Both the position numbers and the translations under genes were made by a program. The notes below the pieces were generated by a model. The model saw only the letters and a list, made by a program, of their open reading frames with translations, was not told the DNA's origin and searched no databases. A stretch of DNA of 64,000 bases from Cyanobacteria bacterium P01_A01_bin.123 (GTDB lineage Bacteria > Cyanobacteriota > Cyanobacteriia > Phormidesmidales > Phormidesmidaceae), in contig JBCBZT010000014.1 of the NCBI GenBank assembly GCA_039815185.1, forward strand, positions 64,001 to 128,000. The letters run 5' to 3'. Below, one piece after another: positions 19,821 through 29,774 of the stretch. Each line of letters starts with the position of its first letter. Within the stretch, counting starts at the first letter, position 1.

Positions 19821-20357
19821 GGTCAAAACTCCTCAAACCTATTGGATGGTTGTGCTAAATTTGTTGGCCTTAAGTCACTTGATATGAAAGTAACTGGGTA
19901 TGAACAAGCTGACCGCTACCGGTTCTTAGGAATAAACATCTCAACTTATTGCTTGAAAATCAAACCGATTACTGAAAAATCCGATGACTTGCTTTGTTCG
20001 ACATAATGCAGCGTATTCATGCACGCTTGCCTGATTTTACAGAAACCTGACTTTGCAGAAAGCGTAACAATGCCCAAAGCAAGAGCCCTACAAGCTCTTA
20101 AGAACCTATCTTTCAATCTATCGAGGGATCTGTGGCAGTTGATACAAAAAGCGCTTGCTGATACCGATGCAGCGCTTATGTGCCGTATTTGAGCGGTTAT
20201 CTAATCACCCGGTTCAGATCCTGCCCAGTCTGTGGGACGACGAACATGACACGCCGACCGTGATCTTCAGAGATCTTAAAGATCTGTTATCGGTGAAACT
20301 TAGCCGCAGAAGAGTAGCTTGGAGGAGTGCACTTGCCCTTGACCGTATCTGGCAGGT

Positions 20358-21758
20358 ATGAACGTAATGTCAACTTATTACCAACCACCAAGAACCCCAA
20401 TGTTGTCAGCTGTTGAGTCCAAATCAGATATAGATAATCAGAAGGTATATTTTCGCTGCATCGCGGGCTGCCCTGGTCAGCACTCAATATATGACGTGAT
20501 TTACACTTGCCCATTATGTGGCAGCCTACTGGAAGTACATCATGAACGTGAACCGCTAAAAAAATACGATGCGTCCCAATGGAAACAACTGTTCGACTCG
20601 CGAGCTAGCACAACGACATGGCCCTACGGTAGCGGCGTATGGGGCATGCGTGAGTGGGTGATTCCTTCATTGGCTGACAAAAATGTAGTCAGCATGTTCG
20701 AAGGCAACTCGAACTTGTTTTGGGCCGAAAGATTAGGGAAGCAACTCGGCGTCCCTGACTTGTGGATCAAACTCTGCGGCAATAGCCACACCGGCAGCTT
20801 TAAAGATCTCGGCATGACCGTGCTGGTCAGTGTGGTTAAACAAATGATGGCCCAAGGCAGTCCTGTCAAAGCAGTTGCCTGCGCCAGCACCGGCGACACC
20901 AGCGCCGCATTGGCGGCTTATGCGGCCTATGCTGGAATCCCGGCAGTTATCTTCTTGCCCGCAGGTAAAGTCAGCACTGCGCAACTGATTCAACCCGTCG
21001 CCAATGGTGCGCATGTGCTCGCGCTCGACACCGACTTCGACGGATGCATGAAAATTGTTAAAGAAGTCACACAAGACAATTCGATCTACCTTGCTAATTC
21101 GATGAACAGTCTGCGCATCGAAGGCCAAAAGACGGTCGGCATCGAAATCGTTCGGCAGTTTGATTGGCAAGTGCCTGACTGGATTGTGATTCCGGTTGGC
21201 AATCTTGGCAATATCAGTGCGCTCCACAAAGGATTCCAATTGATGATGGACCTCGGGTTGATCACTCGAATGCCGAGGTTAGTCGCGGCTCAAGCGGCCA
21301 AGGCCAATCCCTTTTATGAATCATTCAAAATCGAGTTCAAAGAAAAAGTTACGGCCATAGCACAAGACACGTTGGCCAGCGCCATCAGGATTGGCGACCC
21401 GGTCAGCTACGCGAAGGCAGTCAAAGCGATCGTGGAAACGGATGGCCTGGTTGAACAGGCCACCGAAAACGAATTGGCTGCTGCTGCTGCTCAAGCTGAC
21501 TTGACCGGCATGTTCACCTGCCCACACACCGGTGTCGCGCTGGCCGTGCTAACTAAACTGATTAAGCGTGGTGTGATTAAATCCAGTGACAAGACGGTGG
21601 TGATCAGCACGGCCCATGGTTTGAAATTCACCGACTTTAAAGTCGGGTACCACGAATCGACACTGGAAGACGTGACCAGCCAATACGCTAACCCCGCTGT
21701 TCACTTGGCAGCCAACGTGGATGCTGTGAAAGCTGAAATCGAAAGACGGCTTAGTTAA
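20358..21758 (+). CDS. thrC: Threonine synthase, plant-like type (start may be ATG 20400)
   Basis: PLP-lysine motif '[10 protein letters not shown]', '[14 protein letters not shown]', '[10 protein letters not shown]', 'PVGNLGN'. Confidence 0.92.
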   Translation: MNVMSTYYQPPRTPMLSAVESKSDIDNQKVYFRCIAGCPGQHSIYDVIYTCPLCGSLLEVHHEREPLKKYDASQWKQLFDSRASTTTWPYGSGVWGMREWVIPSLADKNVVSMFEGNSNLFWAERLGKQLGVPDLWIKLCGNSHTGSFKDLGMTVLVSVVKQMMAQGSPVKAVACASTGDTSAALAAYAAYAGIPAVIFLPAGKVSTAQLIQPVANGAHVLALDTDFDGCMKIVKEVTQDNSIYLANSMNSLRIEGQKTVGIEIVRQFDWQVPDWIVIPVGNLGNISALHKGFQLMMDLGLITRMPRLVAAQAAKANPFYESFKIEFKEKVTAIAQDTLASAIRIGDPVSYAKAVKAIVETDGLVEQATENELAAAAAQADLTGMFTCPHTGVALAVLTKLIKRGVIKSSDKTVVISTAHGLKFTDFKVGYHESTLEDVTSQYANPAVHLAANVDAVKAEIERRLS

Positions 21759-21784
21759 GCGATCTAAGCCCGCTGAGCTGTTGG

Positions 21785-22642
21785 CTAATTCGCAAAGTCC
21801 TGGGGCCCGGTATATCCTGAGAGGGCAGCTAGATTTTGCAGCGTTTGCACCCCGCTATAGAGTTCTCCATTAATTTCCCAGGTGGGATAGCCGCTTACCC
21901 CCGCAGCCTCACAAGTACCAGGTTGCGGGTCAACACCTTCAGCATCGCATTCCACATAGGTGAGGAACTTATAGGCTTCCTGGCCAAACAGAGCTTGCTG
22001 GGCTTCGCAATGGGGACACCACCAGGCACCATATTTTTTCGCGCCGATATCGGTTAGGTGTTGGGCTAGGGCGATTTCGGATGGGCCAGAATGAGTCTCA
22101 ACCACAGGTGGCGGATTGCCTGCATTAAAGCTGTCAGGATTTTGAGCATAAGCGTACAACCCGGTGGTGGCAATTAGCGCCACGACTGCGACAGAGAGAC
22201 CTGGTAAAATCAATTGCCCAAAACTTTCCCAGCGATTACCCACCAGCGTCAGTATCCATAAGCCTAAGCTGAGAATGGCTGAGAGCAGGCATGGCAGACA
22301 AGGCTCTTGCACAATCCCAAACATGACGTAGAGCAGATAACCGCTGAAGACGGTCATAGCAGTGCCGCCAACGAACAATCCCAGCCAAGTCGGCCCCTCC
22401 AGAGACTTGGCTTTAGTGATAGTCGGTGCGATCGCGAAAGCCCCCATCAACCCGTAGGCGATCGCACCCAATAGCGGTAATGAAATTCCCCCCAGTTGCG
22501 CATAGGCACTCGTATTTAGGGGGCTATCGCCTTTAGCCAAGCAGCCGATCGAGAGGAGTAGACCGGCAGCGGCAACCCCGGCAATTAAGTAGCGAGAATA
22601 ACGGTGTATCCAAGTGGTGGGTTGCTTTCGTCTACGTGCCAT
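21785..22642 (-). CDS. VKOR-thioredoxin fusion (disulfide formation, LTO1/SynDsbAB-like)
   Basis: TM domain with CLPC; C-terminal 'YGAWWCPHC', 'GYPTWEING'. Confidence 0.88.
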   Translation of the reverse strand: MARRRKQPTTWIHRYSRYLIAGVAAAGLLLSIGCLAKGDSPLNTSAYAQLGGISLPLLGAIAYGLMGAFAIAPTITKAKSLEGPTWLGLFVGGTAMTVFSGYLLYVMFGIVQEPCLPCLLSAILSLGLWILTLVGNRWESFGQLILPGLSVAVVALIATTGLYAYAQNPDSFNAGNPPPVVETHSGPSEIALAQHLTDIGAKKYGAWWCPHCEAQQALFGQEAYKFLTYVECDAEGVDPQPGTCEAAGVSGYPTWEINGELYSGVQTLQNLAALSGYTGPQDFAN

Positions 22643-22671
22643 ATGGTTAAATCCTTCAAGATAATAGTGGA

Positions 22672-23595
22672 TTAAATCTGATCTATTTCCAGGGCCAGAG
22701 CCTGCAAATCTGCGGGGGGCAGGTTTGCGACGACGGCATAGAGGTAATCCTCGTCGCGCCAGAGCACAATGCCCGTGCCGTCCGGTTGGTAAAGGGTGAT
22801 GTAAGTCAGCTGAAATTGCGAGAACTGCCGGAGCTGCGGAAACTGGTTATCGTCTAAGTCAAGTTGATAGGCTGAGACCGTTTGATTCGCGCTCAACTGA
22901 TAAGTCAGCCGTAATCCATTGGTTTTCCCGATTTGGCAGTTGCTCCCCCCCAATAGCTCCCCCTGATCGCCAGGGAGTAGGGGTAATGCCGCCACAGTAG
23001 TTTGAAAGCTCCGTAACTGCCGGGGGATTTCATCCGGTTGGTGCGCGACAAAATCTACTGGGCCATTGGGGTTAGCGAGGGATTTTTGGTGGTCTTGCAA
23101 AAGCCAACTCAGCGCTGATTCGGTTTGCTCAACCGCAGTTTCCGTTGGGGAAATCGTTATAGCGGGCCCAATGGGTTGAGTGTTGGGGAATTGAGTTTGG
23201 AGTTGTGCATTGAGGGTGCGAACCTGCCCAGTTAGAGTCAGGGTACTAAGGCCAAAGGCGATCGCCAGCCCAGCAGCTATACTGCTGATCAACCAGGGCA
23301 AGCGGGGCTTAAATCGAGGGGTTCGGATGGGGACCGGGACAATTTTTGACTGCTGGGTTAATTCGGTTTGGGCAACGGTCAAAATCTGCGATCGCAGCTG
23401 TGTCTCCGGCTTTTCTTCGGGTAAGCCATAGGGCATCATGGCCAAGGCTTCCTGTAACGCAGAGACCTCTGCCCTAAGTGCTGGGATCTCCGCCAGATAT
23501 TTTTGGAACTGCTCTGCTTCTTCAGAGCTGAGATCCCCTAGTACGTAGCCTGCCGCTAATTCTTTGATTTCCTGGGGCGTCAGCGGTGTGGTCAT
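22672..23595 (-). CDS. Membrane-bound anti-sigma factor (RskA-like N-terminus)
   Basis: 'ELAAGYVLGDLS', single TM, 4-bp overlap with the sigma gene. Confidence 0.8.
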   Translation of the reverse strand: MTTPLTPQEIKELAAGYVLGDLSSEEAEQFQKYLAEIPALRAEVSALQEALAMMPYGLPEEKPETQLRSQILTVAQTELTQQSKIVPVPIRTPRFKPRLPWLISSIAAGLAIAFGLSTLTLTGQVRTLNAQLQTQFPNTQPIGPAITISPTETAVEQTESALSWLLQDHQKSLANPNGPVDFVAHQPDEIPRQLRSFQTTVAALPLLPGDQGELLGGSNCQIGKTNGLRLTYQLSANQTVSAYQLDLDDNQFPQLRQFSQFQLTYITLYQPDGTGIVLWRDEDYLYAVVANLPPADLQALALEIDQI

Positions 23596-24191
23596 AGGGC
23601 TTCCTCCCCGAGCACGTCTTGTAACTGCTTTCGCAGTTGTAATAAGCCCCGTCTGGCCCAGCTTTTCACTGTACCCAAAGGGAGGTTCAACTGTTCGGCA
23701 ATATCCCGTTGGGATTGGCCCTCGTAGTAGCTCAGTTCGAGCACTTCTCGCTGATCTGCTTTCAAGGTAGCCAATGCCTTACGGACGAGGGCCCGATGTT
23801 CTTGCTGGGTAATCTGATTCATGGGGATAATCGAATCGATGGGCGACCGAGTATGTTGCCATTGGTTCAAGTACTTTTGCTGGGTAGATTGCGATCGCAA
23901 TCGATCAATCGCTCTAGAGCGCGTCAAGGTCGTCAGGTAGCTAACCAGAGAACCTCGATGCGGGTCGTAAGATTGTGTCCGCACTAAGATCAGAAACACC
24001 TCTTGGGTTAAATCCTCTGCTTCAGCGGCGTGACGCAGTACTTTCAGAGCAGTGCTGTAGACCAAACTGGCATAGCGATCATAGAGAACCCCTAGAGCAG
24101 GCAGTTCCCCTGCCCAAAGTCGACGCATGAGCGCAATGTCGGATTCACGCTCAAGCATCGGTTGATGCGCATAGGCCCCGGTCTGAGTCAC
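23592..24191 (-). CDS. ECF sigma-70 factor (SigK-like)
   Basis: 'LYDRY', 'AEDLTQEVF', 'RSRAIDRLR', region 4 'IAEQLNLPLGTVKSWARRGL'. Confidence 0.92.
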   Translation of the reverse strand: MTQTGAYAHQPMLERESDIALMRRLWAGELPALGVLYDRYASLVYSTALKVLRHAAEAEDLTQEVFLILVRTQSYDPHRGSLVSYLTTLTRSRAIDRLRSQSTQQKYLNQWQHTRSPIDSIIPMNQITQQEHRALVRKALATLKADQREVLELSYYEGQSQRDIAEQLNLPLGTVKSWARRGLLQLRKQLQDVLGEEAL

Positions 24192-24223
24192 AACCCCCCT
24201 TATCTTTGATGTCCTATTAGTTA

Positions 24224-24249
24224 TACGGCTACGGATGAGAAGTGGATGC
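24224..24249 (-). promoter_or_regulatory. Putative autoregulatory ECF promoter GCATCC-N16-CGTA
   Basis: Minus strand GCATCC acttctcatccgtagc CGTA, about 30 nt upstream of the sigma start; resembles the (T/C)(G/C)ATCC...CGTA promoters of SigK/RpoE-type ECFs. Confidence 0.6.
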
Positions 24250-24452
24250 AGCCAGGAATAATTCCGGTACTTGATGGACTACTGCTGTGAAGATAGCGCC
24301 TGTAAGTCCTGTGATTGGGTGTTTGTGGAGGGCTCGTGATTTGAGTCACGTCTAACAGTTGATGACAATCACACGGAGATCGGAGGGCTATCACCAGGCG
24401 GTTATGGCAGTCATTAGATACTAATTTTGTCGCAACTGAATAACACTGAATT

Positions 24453-25028
24453 ATGTCTCTGCCCCTACCTACCGTCCTCCAGTCTTGCCGTCGTGTCTTA
24501 GGCCAGCTTCAGCGTCCGGTATTGAGTTTCACTTTGAGCTTGGGGTTAGCAACTGCCGGATGGCTAAGTGGCCCTGTGACAATGGAAGCTTTGGCAGAGT
24601 CAGAGCCCAGCCAATCAATTCAGTCCGAAGTGGTGCAGACTCAGCCTTTGCAAACTTCATTAGCAGATGGCATTTACTTCTACGGTCAGGTTCCCCAAAC
24701 AGGGCAATTTGGGGTTGAATACGTTGTTTTCCAAGTTGTTGATCAGCAGGCTATTGGTGCATTCTTTATGCCTTCGTCTTCCTATGATTGCTTCCACGGT
24801 GAAATCACCCCAGACCGGATGGATTTAACGGTCATCGGTAGCTACGATCAGACGCCCTCTAACTATGCGATCGCCTTGAGCCCTGCAATGACCCTGACAG
24901 CAGCAGCAGGTGAAACAGCAGTACCGCTCAGTCTCGCAGGCTATCATCCGATCGATACTGTTAGTGCTGCAGAGCAAGAATTGCTAGCGACCTGCGTTGT
25001 CGATTTACAGCCTGAGCTGGCGCTTTAG
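24453..25028 (+). CDS. Conserved cyanobacterial hypothetical exported protein
   Basis: Signal-like N-terminus; 'DGIYFYGQ...EYVVF...GAFFMPSSSYDCF'. Confidence 0.7.
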   Translation: MSLPLPTVLQSCRRVLGQLQRPVLSFTLSLGLATAGWLSGPVTMEALAESEPSQSIQSEVVQTQPLQTSLADGIYFYGQVPQTGQFGVEYVVFQVVDQQAIGAFFMPSSSYDCFHGEITPDRMDLTVIGSYDQTPSNYAIALSPAMTLTAAAGETAVPLSLAGYHPIDTVSAAEQELLATCVVDLQPELAL

Positions 25029-25154
25029 GGTGCAGGTTTGCATCGGGCAGGGAGTCGTTAGAATGAGCCTCCGGCCTAGGTAAATGAGCATTTATAGCGA
25101 AATTTCGGTAAGCTAGTCAGGGAAAAGTTCAGCCAGTGAGTCTTTGTTGTGGAT

Positions 25155-25346
25155 ATGATTCTGCCCGGTTCTCCCGTTCGTGTGACGAACTTAGACGATA
25201 CCTATTACGGATTTCAAGGTCAGGTGCAGCGCATTAGCGATGGCAAAGTTGCGGTGTTATTTGAAGGCGGCAACTGGGATAAGCTGGTCACCTTCAACTT
25301 GTCAGAGCTTTCTCTAGTCGATAATCGCAAAGGCCGAAAGAAGTAG
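25155..25346 (+). CDS. ndhS: NDH-1 subunit S (ferredoxin-binding, SH3-like)
   Basis: '[12 protein letters not shown]...[31 protein letters not shown]'. Confidence 0.93.
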   Translation: MILPGSPVRVTNLDDTYYGFQGQVQRISDGKVAVLFEGGNWDKLVTFNLSELSLVDNRKGRKK

Positions 25347-25358
25347 GGACTCATCACC

Positions 25359-26009
25359 ATGCGCCTACCGCTCCCCCAATTTTCGACCCAAGCCTTAGGC
25401 CAAGATCACATCGCTGAAGTCGTTGAGACGTCGACCACCGAATTTTTGGCCCAATGTCTTGATCCTGATGCGTTGGCTTTCCCTGAGATGCCGCCCTTTG
25501 GGAGTTGGGTGACTGCCATCGATGAAGACACGAGCAACCAAATTTATGCGGTGGTTTACCATGCCACAACTAGCCCTATCGACTCAGTCCATCGGGCCCG
25601 AGCCCTGGGGTTATCCCTAGCAGATCTGCGGGAACAACAGCCCCAGATTTTTGCCATGCTTAAGACCGAATTTCGAGCCGCTATCGTGGGTTATGAGGTT
25701 AGCGGTTCTGGGGGGACGGGAACGATTTATCAGCATCTACCACCGCGCCCCCCCCAAGTTCATCAGGCAGTGTATCGCTGTTCTCCAAAAGCTGTATTGC
25801 GTTTTAGTGAGCGACTTGATTTTTTGCGCACGCTCTTGGATGTACCCGGTGCTCCTGTAGATAGCTTAGCGGCGGCAGCGATTCGTCATATTTATCAGCT
25901 CCGTAAAGCCGATCGGGCCTGGTTGGTACAGGCGGGGCGATCGCTGAGTGTGGTGCTTAAAGACGATTACGATCGGCTGCAAATTATTTTGAGCCAAATT
26001 CATATATGA
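25359..26009 (+). CDS. Conserved cyanobacterial HAS-barrel domain protein
   Basis: 'MRLPLPQF...IAEVVETSTTEFLAQCL...PPFGSWV'; usual neighbour of ndhS (recalled). Confidence 0.7.
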   Translation: MRLPLPQFSTQALGQDHIAEVVETSTTEFLAQCLDPDALAFPEMPPFGSWVTAIDEDTSNQIYAVVYHATTSPIDSVHRARALGLSLADLREQQPQIFAMLKTEFRAAIVGYEVSGSGGTGTIYQHLPPRPPQVHQAVYRCSPKAVLRFSERLDFLRTLLDVPGAPVDSLAAAAIRHIYQLRKADRAWLVQAGRSLSVVLKDDYDRLQIILSQIHI

Positions 26010-27184
26010 AAACCTATGACTGGATTGTGGTCGGCAATGGTCTGGCTGGGGCAGCTGTAGGGTATGAATTGACACATCTGGGGCATGATGTGCTGGTACT
26101 GGAGCAGTCAGAACAGTCCAACAGTGCAACCCGCTATAGCTATGGTGGCGTGCCCTATTGGGCAGGCACCACGGAGATTACGCGACAGCTAGCGGCTGAG
26201 GGCATTGAACGCCACCGGAACCTGTCAGAGGAGCTGGGCAAGTCGACTGAATTTCGCGAACTGGACTTGTTGATGCCCATTGATGTTGGGATTGATCCGG
26301 TTGCGATCGCCCAAGACTACCAAAAGTTTGCCATTCCACCACAATTAATCAGTGTTGCCGAAGCCTGTGAGATAGAACCGCAACTCAATGCCGACGTGAT
26401 TGCCGGGGCATTAATCGTCGGCCATGGGCACGTGAATCCAATGGCTGTGGTGCAGGCCTATAACCACGCTATGGTGCAGCAGGGGGGTGAACTCAAGATT
26501 GCGCCCGTGACCGGGCTGGTGCGGATTGGCGATCGCGTCACTGGGGTTACGACGCTTACCCAAGCCTACGCAGCCGCGAATGTGATCATAGCTGCCGGTG
26601 CTTACAGCCGCCAGATGATGCAGGCCACTGGGTTGCCGATTAAGCTTTACTTTACCCAAGCTGAAATGGTGCGTACGCCCCCGGTTGACTTTCACCTGCG
26701 ATCGCTGGTGATGCCTGCCGATCTCAAGCGGTTTGACCTAGAAGATCAGGCCAGCAGCATTGAGATGGACAATTGCTGGGACGCTCCTAATGCAGCGCAA
26801 GATATTTTGCCCCCAATTCTTGATGCGGGGGCAATTCAGCTTAAAGACGGCTCCCTCTGTATGGGGCAAATCAGCCGGGTGCGGCCAAGTTTGCATAGCG
26901 ACGTCGATGCGGCCCAAAGTGAAGCCCAAATTCGCGCTATCAACGAAGCATGGATGCCGATTCTCAAGGGGATTCCTGGTACCTGGCATGCCTGCCCGGT
27001 GAGCTTTAGCCGCGATAAGCTGCCCTTAGTTGGGCCGATACCCAAGGTTACTGGCGTACATCTATTCACTGGATTTAGCAGCCCATTCTCCCTCCTGCCG
27101 CCGATTGCAGCCCGGTTTGCGCGCTGGGTTGACGGTGCAGAAGATGAGATGATTCCCCAGATGCGGCCCGACCGCTTTGCTTAG
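26006..27184 (+). CDS. FAD-dependent oxidoreductase (DAO/glycine oxidase family)
   Basis: 'VVGNGLAG' Rossmann motif, 'IIAAGAYS', 'DKLPLVGP'. Confidence 0.88.
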   Translation: MKTYDWIVVGNGLAGAAVGYELTHLGHDVLVLEQSEQSNSATRYSYGGVPYWAGTTEITRQLAAEGIERHRNLSEELGKSTEFRELDLLMPIDVGIDPVAIAQDYQKFAIPPQLISVAEACEIEPQLNADVIAGALIVGHGHVNPMAVVQAYNHAMVQQGGELKIAPVTGLVRIGDRVTGVTTLTQAYAAANVIIAAGAYSRQMMQATGLPIKLYFTQAEMVRTPPVDFHLRSLVMPADLKRFDLEDQASSIEMDNCWDAPNAAQDILPPILDAGAIQLKDGSLCMGQISRVRPSLHSDVDAAQSEAQIRAINEAWMPILKGIPGTWHACPVSFSRDKLPLVGPIPKVTGVHLFTGFSSPFSLLPPIAARFARWVDGAEDEMIPQMRPDRFA

Positions 27185-27313
27185 GGCGTGTCATCAATTC
27201 AACGCGAAAAGCCTTATGGCTGAGCCTTGCCACGCCCGACCCAACTCAACGAGCTAGGGGCGATAGCTGTTTTTCTAAAAGCAATGGACAATCTAATTGA
27301 CGGCAGCCCCTAG
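27182..27313. mobile_element. Putative MITE (about 130 bp) with imperfect terminal inverted repeats
   Basis: Left TAG-GGCGTGTCATCAATT; right end reverse-complemented TAG-GGGCTGCCGTCAATT (11/15 match); no ORF inside. Confidence 0.6.
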
Positions 27314-27566
27314 ACTTTACCGACAATGACCGGGTCAGCTTATGGAATGATTAATTGACTCTAATCTATGGATTGTTGAATAAGACTTTATTTTTATCAA
27401 GGGTGAATGATAGGCTGACATTACAGTCTTGGTGTGATGGCATTGTTATTGGGCTGTAGCAACTGTTGGGGGTCTTTACGGTTTAAGATTTTCTAAAGTA
27501 TTCTCCACTGCGCGATCCCCTATCGATCTAAGGGTCTTCCTTTATTGACGCACGTTAGGTATTTCT

Positions 27567-29774
27567 ATGACCGCTGTAACTCCTAAACCCACCATTCCCG
27601 CGTTTTGCGAAGGCATTCAGTACTTTGGCGAAGCGCCACCCAATTTTGAGCGCTACGGCACTTCCCCTGTAATTGCGTCAGGACAGGCTGCGATCGCCTC
27701 TCCCAGTCATCCCGCTGCGGTTTATCAAACCCTGTTGGCCGCCGATGCCCTCCGTTATCTAACGCTACAAACGACGGCAACCAAGGCATCGGGGCATCCG
27801 GGTGGGTTCGCTAGCATTGCCGACGCGATCGCGTCCTTGGTGATGCTAGGCCACAAAAATCTGATTACTGAAGTCGGTCACCATGCCCCTGGGTTTTACA
27901 GCACGGTCTTTCTCGATCGCTCCCTAGAGGCGATGGGCATTGAAACCGTACAGCAGCTTGGTGAACGGTTTCGCGAAACCCACGGTTTGTTGGGTCACCT
28001 TTCCGGTCAAATTCCGGGCTTGCTCAACCCTGCAGGCCCTCTAGGGCAGGGGCAACACTTTGCCATGGCGGGGGCCCGCCTCCATCCTGGTATCCTCTTC
28101 CCCGTCACCATTGGTGATGGGGGTTTGGGGGAACCCTACATCATGAGTAGCTTTGGCCACTTTCACACGGCCTACCCTGGTGTAACCAACTTCCTGCCGA
28201 TACTGGTATGGAACGGCTACTCCCAAGAGCACCACAGTATGGTTTCCACTCAGTCCAATGAAGATATGGTGGCGTACTGGCGGGGTAATGGCTTTGAAAA
28301 AGTCATTTTGGTGGATGCTAAAGCTTTCGATGATGCCGGCCAACCCGGTGATTATGTGGACAGCACGGCGTTTTCGTTCCAGCAGCGACTTGCCTTTACC
28401 CAAGCTGTGCTAGAAGCGACTGACCGCGCTGCCCAAGCAGCCCTCGACGGCACCCTCACCGTGCTGATTGTCAAACAGCTTAAGGGCGCTGGAGTGCACA
28501 AACGGGGAGCCCAATCCCACAACCTTTACCCGGGTGACACGCTGGAAAAAGACTATATTGTGTCCGCCCTCCAGGCGCGATCGCTGCCTGCGGCTGCCTG
28601 GCAAACCGTACGCACCAATTTTGAACGAGCTAACGGCGGCCCTTCCTCCAGTACAGCCGTTACCGAATCTGAATATGCCATCCCTGACTTGGGCGCTATT
28701 CCCCTCAATGAATTTCCGGTTGGGGGTGACAAACAGATCGCAACCACTGCGATGGGTCATCTAGTGGCTTATGTCGGGCAACAAGATCCACAATTTGTTG
28801 TGGCGAATGCCGATGGTAACGCCGCCTCCGGTATCAACAACATCAACGTTGCACTCAAAATTATCCACCCCACTGCTGATACGACCTACTATCAGCAGCC
28901 CCAAGGCCAAGTCTATGAACCCTTGAGCGAAGATGCCTGTGCTGGGTTCGCGGCTGGCGCTGCTCTGTTCGGTGCCCGCACCCTATGGTGTTCCTACGAG
29001 TCTTTTGCCATCAATGGATTACCCATTTGGCAAACCGTGACTCAGGCGATGGCTGAGCTGCGTCGCCCGACTCCGTCCACCATTACCCTGTTCACAGCGG
29101 GGGCGCTAGAACAAGGTCGTAACGGCTGGACCCACCAACGCCCAGAAATTGAAAATTACTTTGCGGGGATGATGCGCAACGGCAATGTATTTCCCCTCTT
29201 CCCGACTGACGCCAACGGGATTCAAGCCTGCTATGAGTGGGCATTGACAACGAAAAACAAAGGCATCACGATCACTGCTAGTAAGTCGCCGTTACCTATT
29301 CGCACAACTTTGGATCAAACCCGGCAGGCACTGGAAAAAGGGGCGATCGTCCTAGAATCTACCCCTGGCGATAAAACCGTCGTTTTTGCCGTGATTGGTG
29401 ACATGACGCTGCTGCCTGTCTACGAAGCCGCCACCCAGTTGGCAACCCAGGGCATTGGTTCTCGCATTGTGAGCGTGGTCAATCCGCGACGGCTCTATCG
29501 CCCTACCGACGTCGCCTGGGAGAGCTGTTCCCAAGCCGATGGCGACTTTCTCAGCGATGCCGACTTCGGAGAGCTTTTTGCGGGTGATATCTTGCTAGGC
29601 ATTACAGGGGGTACCAGTGCAACTCTAGAACCCGTGATGTTGCGCTCTACCTTACCCAGAGATGTATTTGCTTGGAAACGCGGTGAAACGACTGCGAGCG
29701 CAGCAAAACTGATGGCTTTAAACGGCATCACCGCCGAGAATTTCGTCAGCCGTGCTCAGCAACTTTTGGCGTAA
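27567..29774 (+). CDS. ThDP-dependent phosphoketolase/transketolase-like enzyme (cyanobacterial clade)
   Basis: 'SGHPGG', 'GHHAPG', 'AGPLGQG', ThDP motif 'GDGG...WNGY', 'LSEDAC', 'NGWTHQRP'. Confidence 0.85.
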   Translation: MTAVTPKPTIPAFCEGIQYFGEAPPNFERYGTSPVIASGQAAIASPSHPAAVYQTLLAADALRYLTLQTTATKASGHPGGFASIADAIASLVMLGHKNLITEVGHHAPGFYSTVFLDRSLEAMGIETVQQLGERFRETHGLLGHLSGQIPGLLNPAGPLGQGQHFAMAGARLHPGILFPVTIGDGGLGEPYIMSSFGHFHTAYPGVTNFLPILVWNGYSQEHHSMVSTQSNEDMVAYWRGNGFEKVILVDAKAFDDAGQPGDYVDSTAFSFQQRLAFTQAVLEATDRAAQAALDGTLTVLIVKQLKGAGVHKRGAQSHNLYPGDTLEKDYIVSALQARSLPAAAWQTVRTNFERANGGPSSSTAVTESEYAIPDLGAIPLNEFPVGGDKQIATTAMGHLVAYVGQQDPQFVVANADGNAASGINNINVALKIIHPTADTTYYQQPQGQVYEPLSEDACAGFAAGAALFGARTLWCSYESFAINGLPIWQTVTQAMAELRRPTPSTITLFTAGALEQGRNGWTHQRPEIENYFAGMMRNGNVFPLFPTDANGIQACYEWALTTKNKGITITASKSPLPIRTTLDQTRQALEKGAIVLESTPGDKTVVFAVIGDMTLLPVYEAATQLATQGIGSRIVSVVNPRRLYRPTDVAWESCSQADGDFLSDADFGELFAGDILLGITGGTSATLEPVMLRSTLPRDVFAWKRGETTASAAKLMALNGITAENFVSRAQQLLA

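Noticed and set aside
19821..20400. SAM or lysine riboswitch expected ahead of nhaC or thrC
   Set aside because: No conserved core recognisable by eye on either strand; needs an Infernal scan
25045..25125. GCCTCCGGCCTA resembles part of the c-di-GMP-I riboswitch
   Set aside because: The GGCAAAC...GAAA...GACGCAAA core is missing, and it precedes ndhS; likely chance
25359..26009. HAS-barrel protein as part of a HerA/NurA or defence system
   Set aside because: No ATPase or nuclease partner nearby; it sits in the ordinary ndhS context
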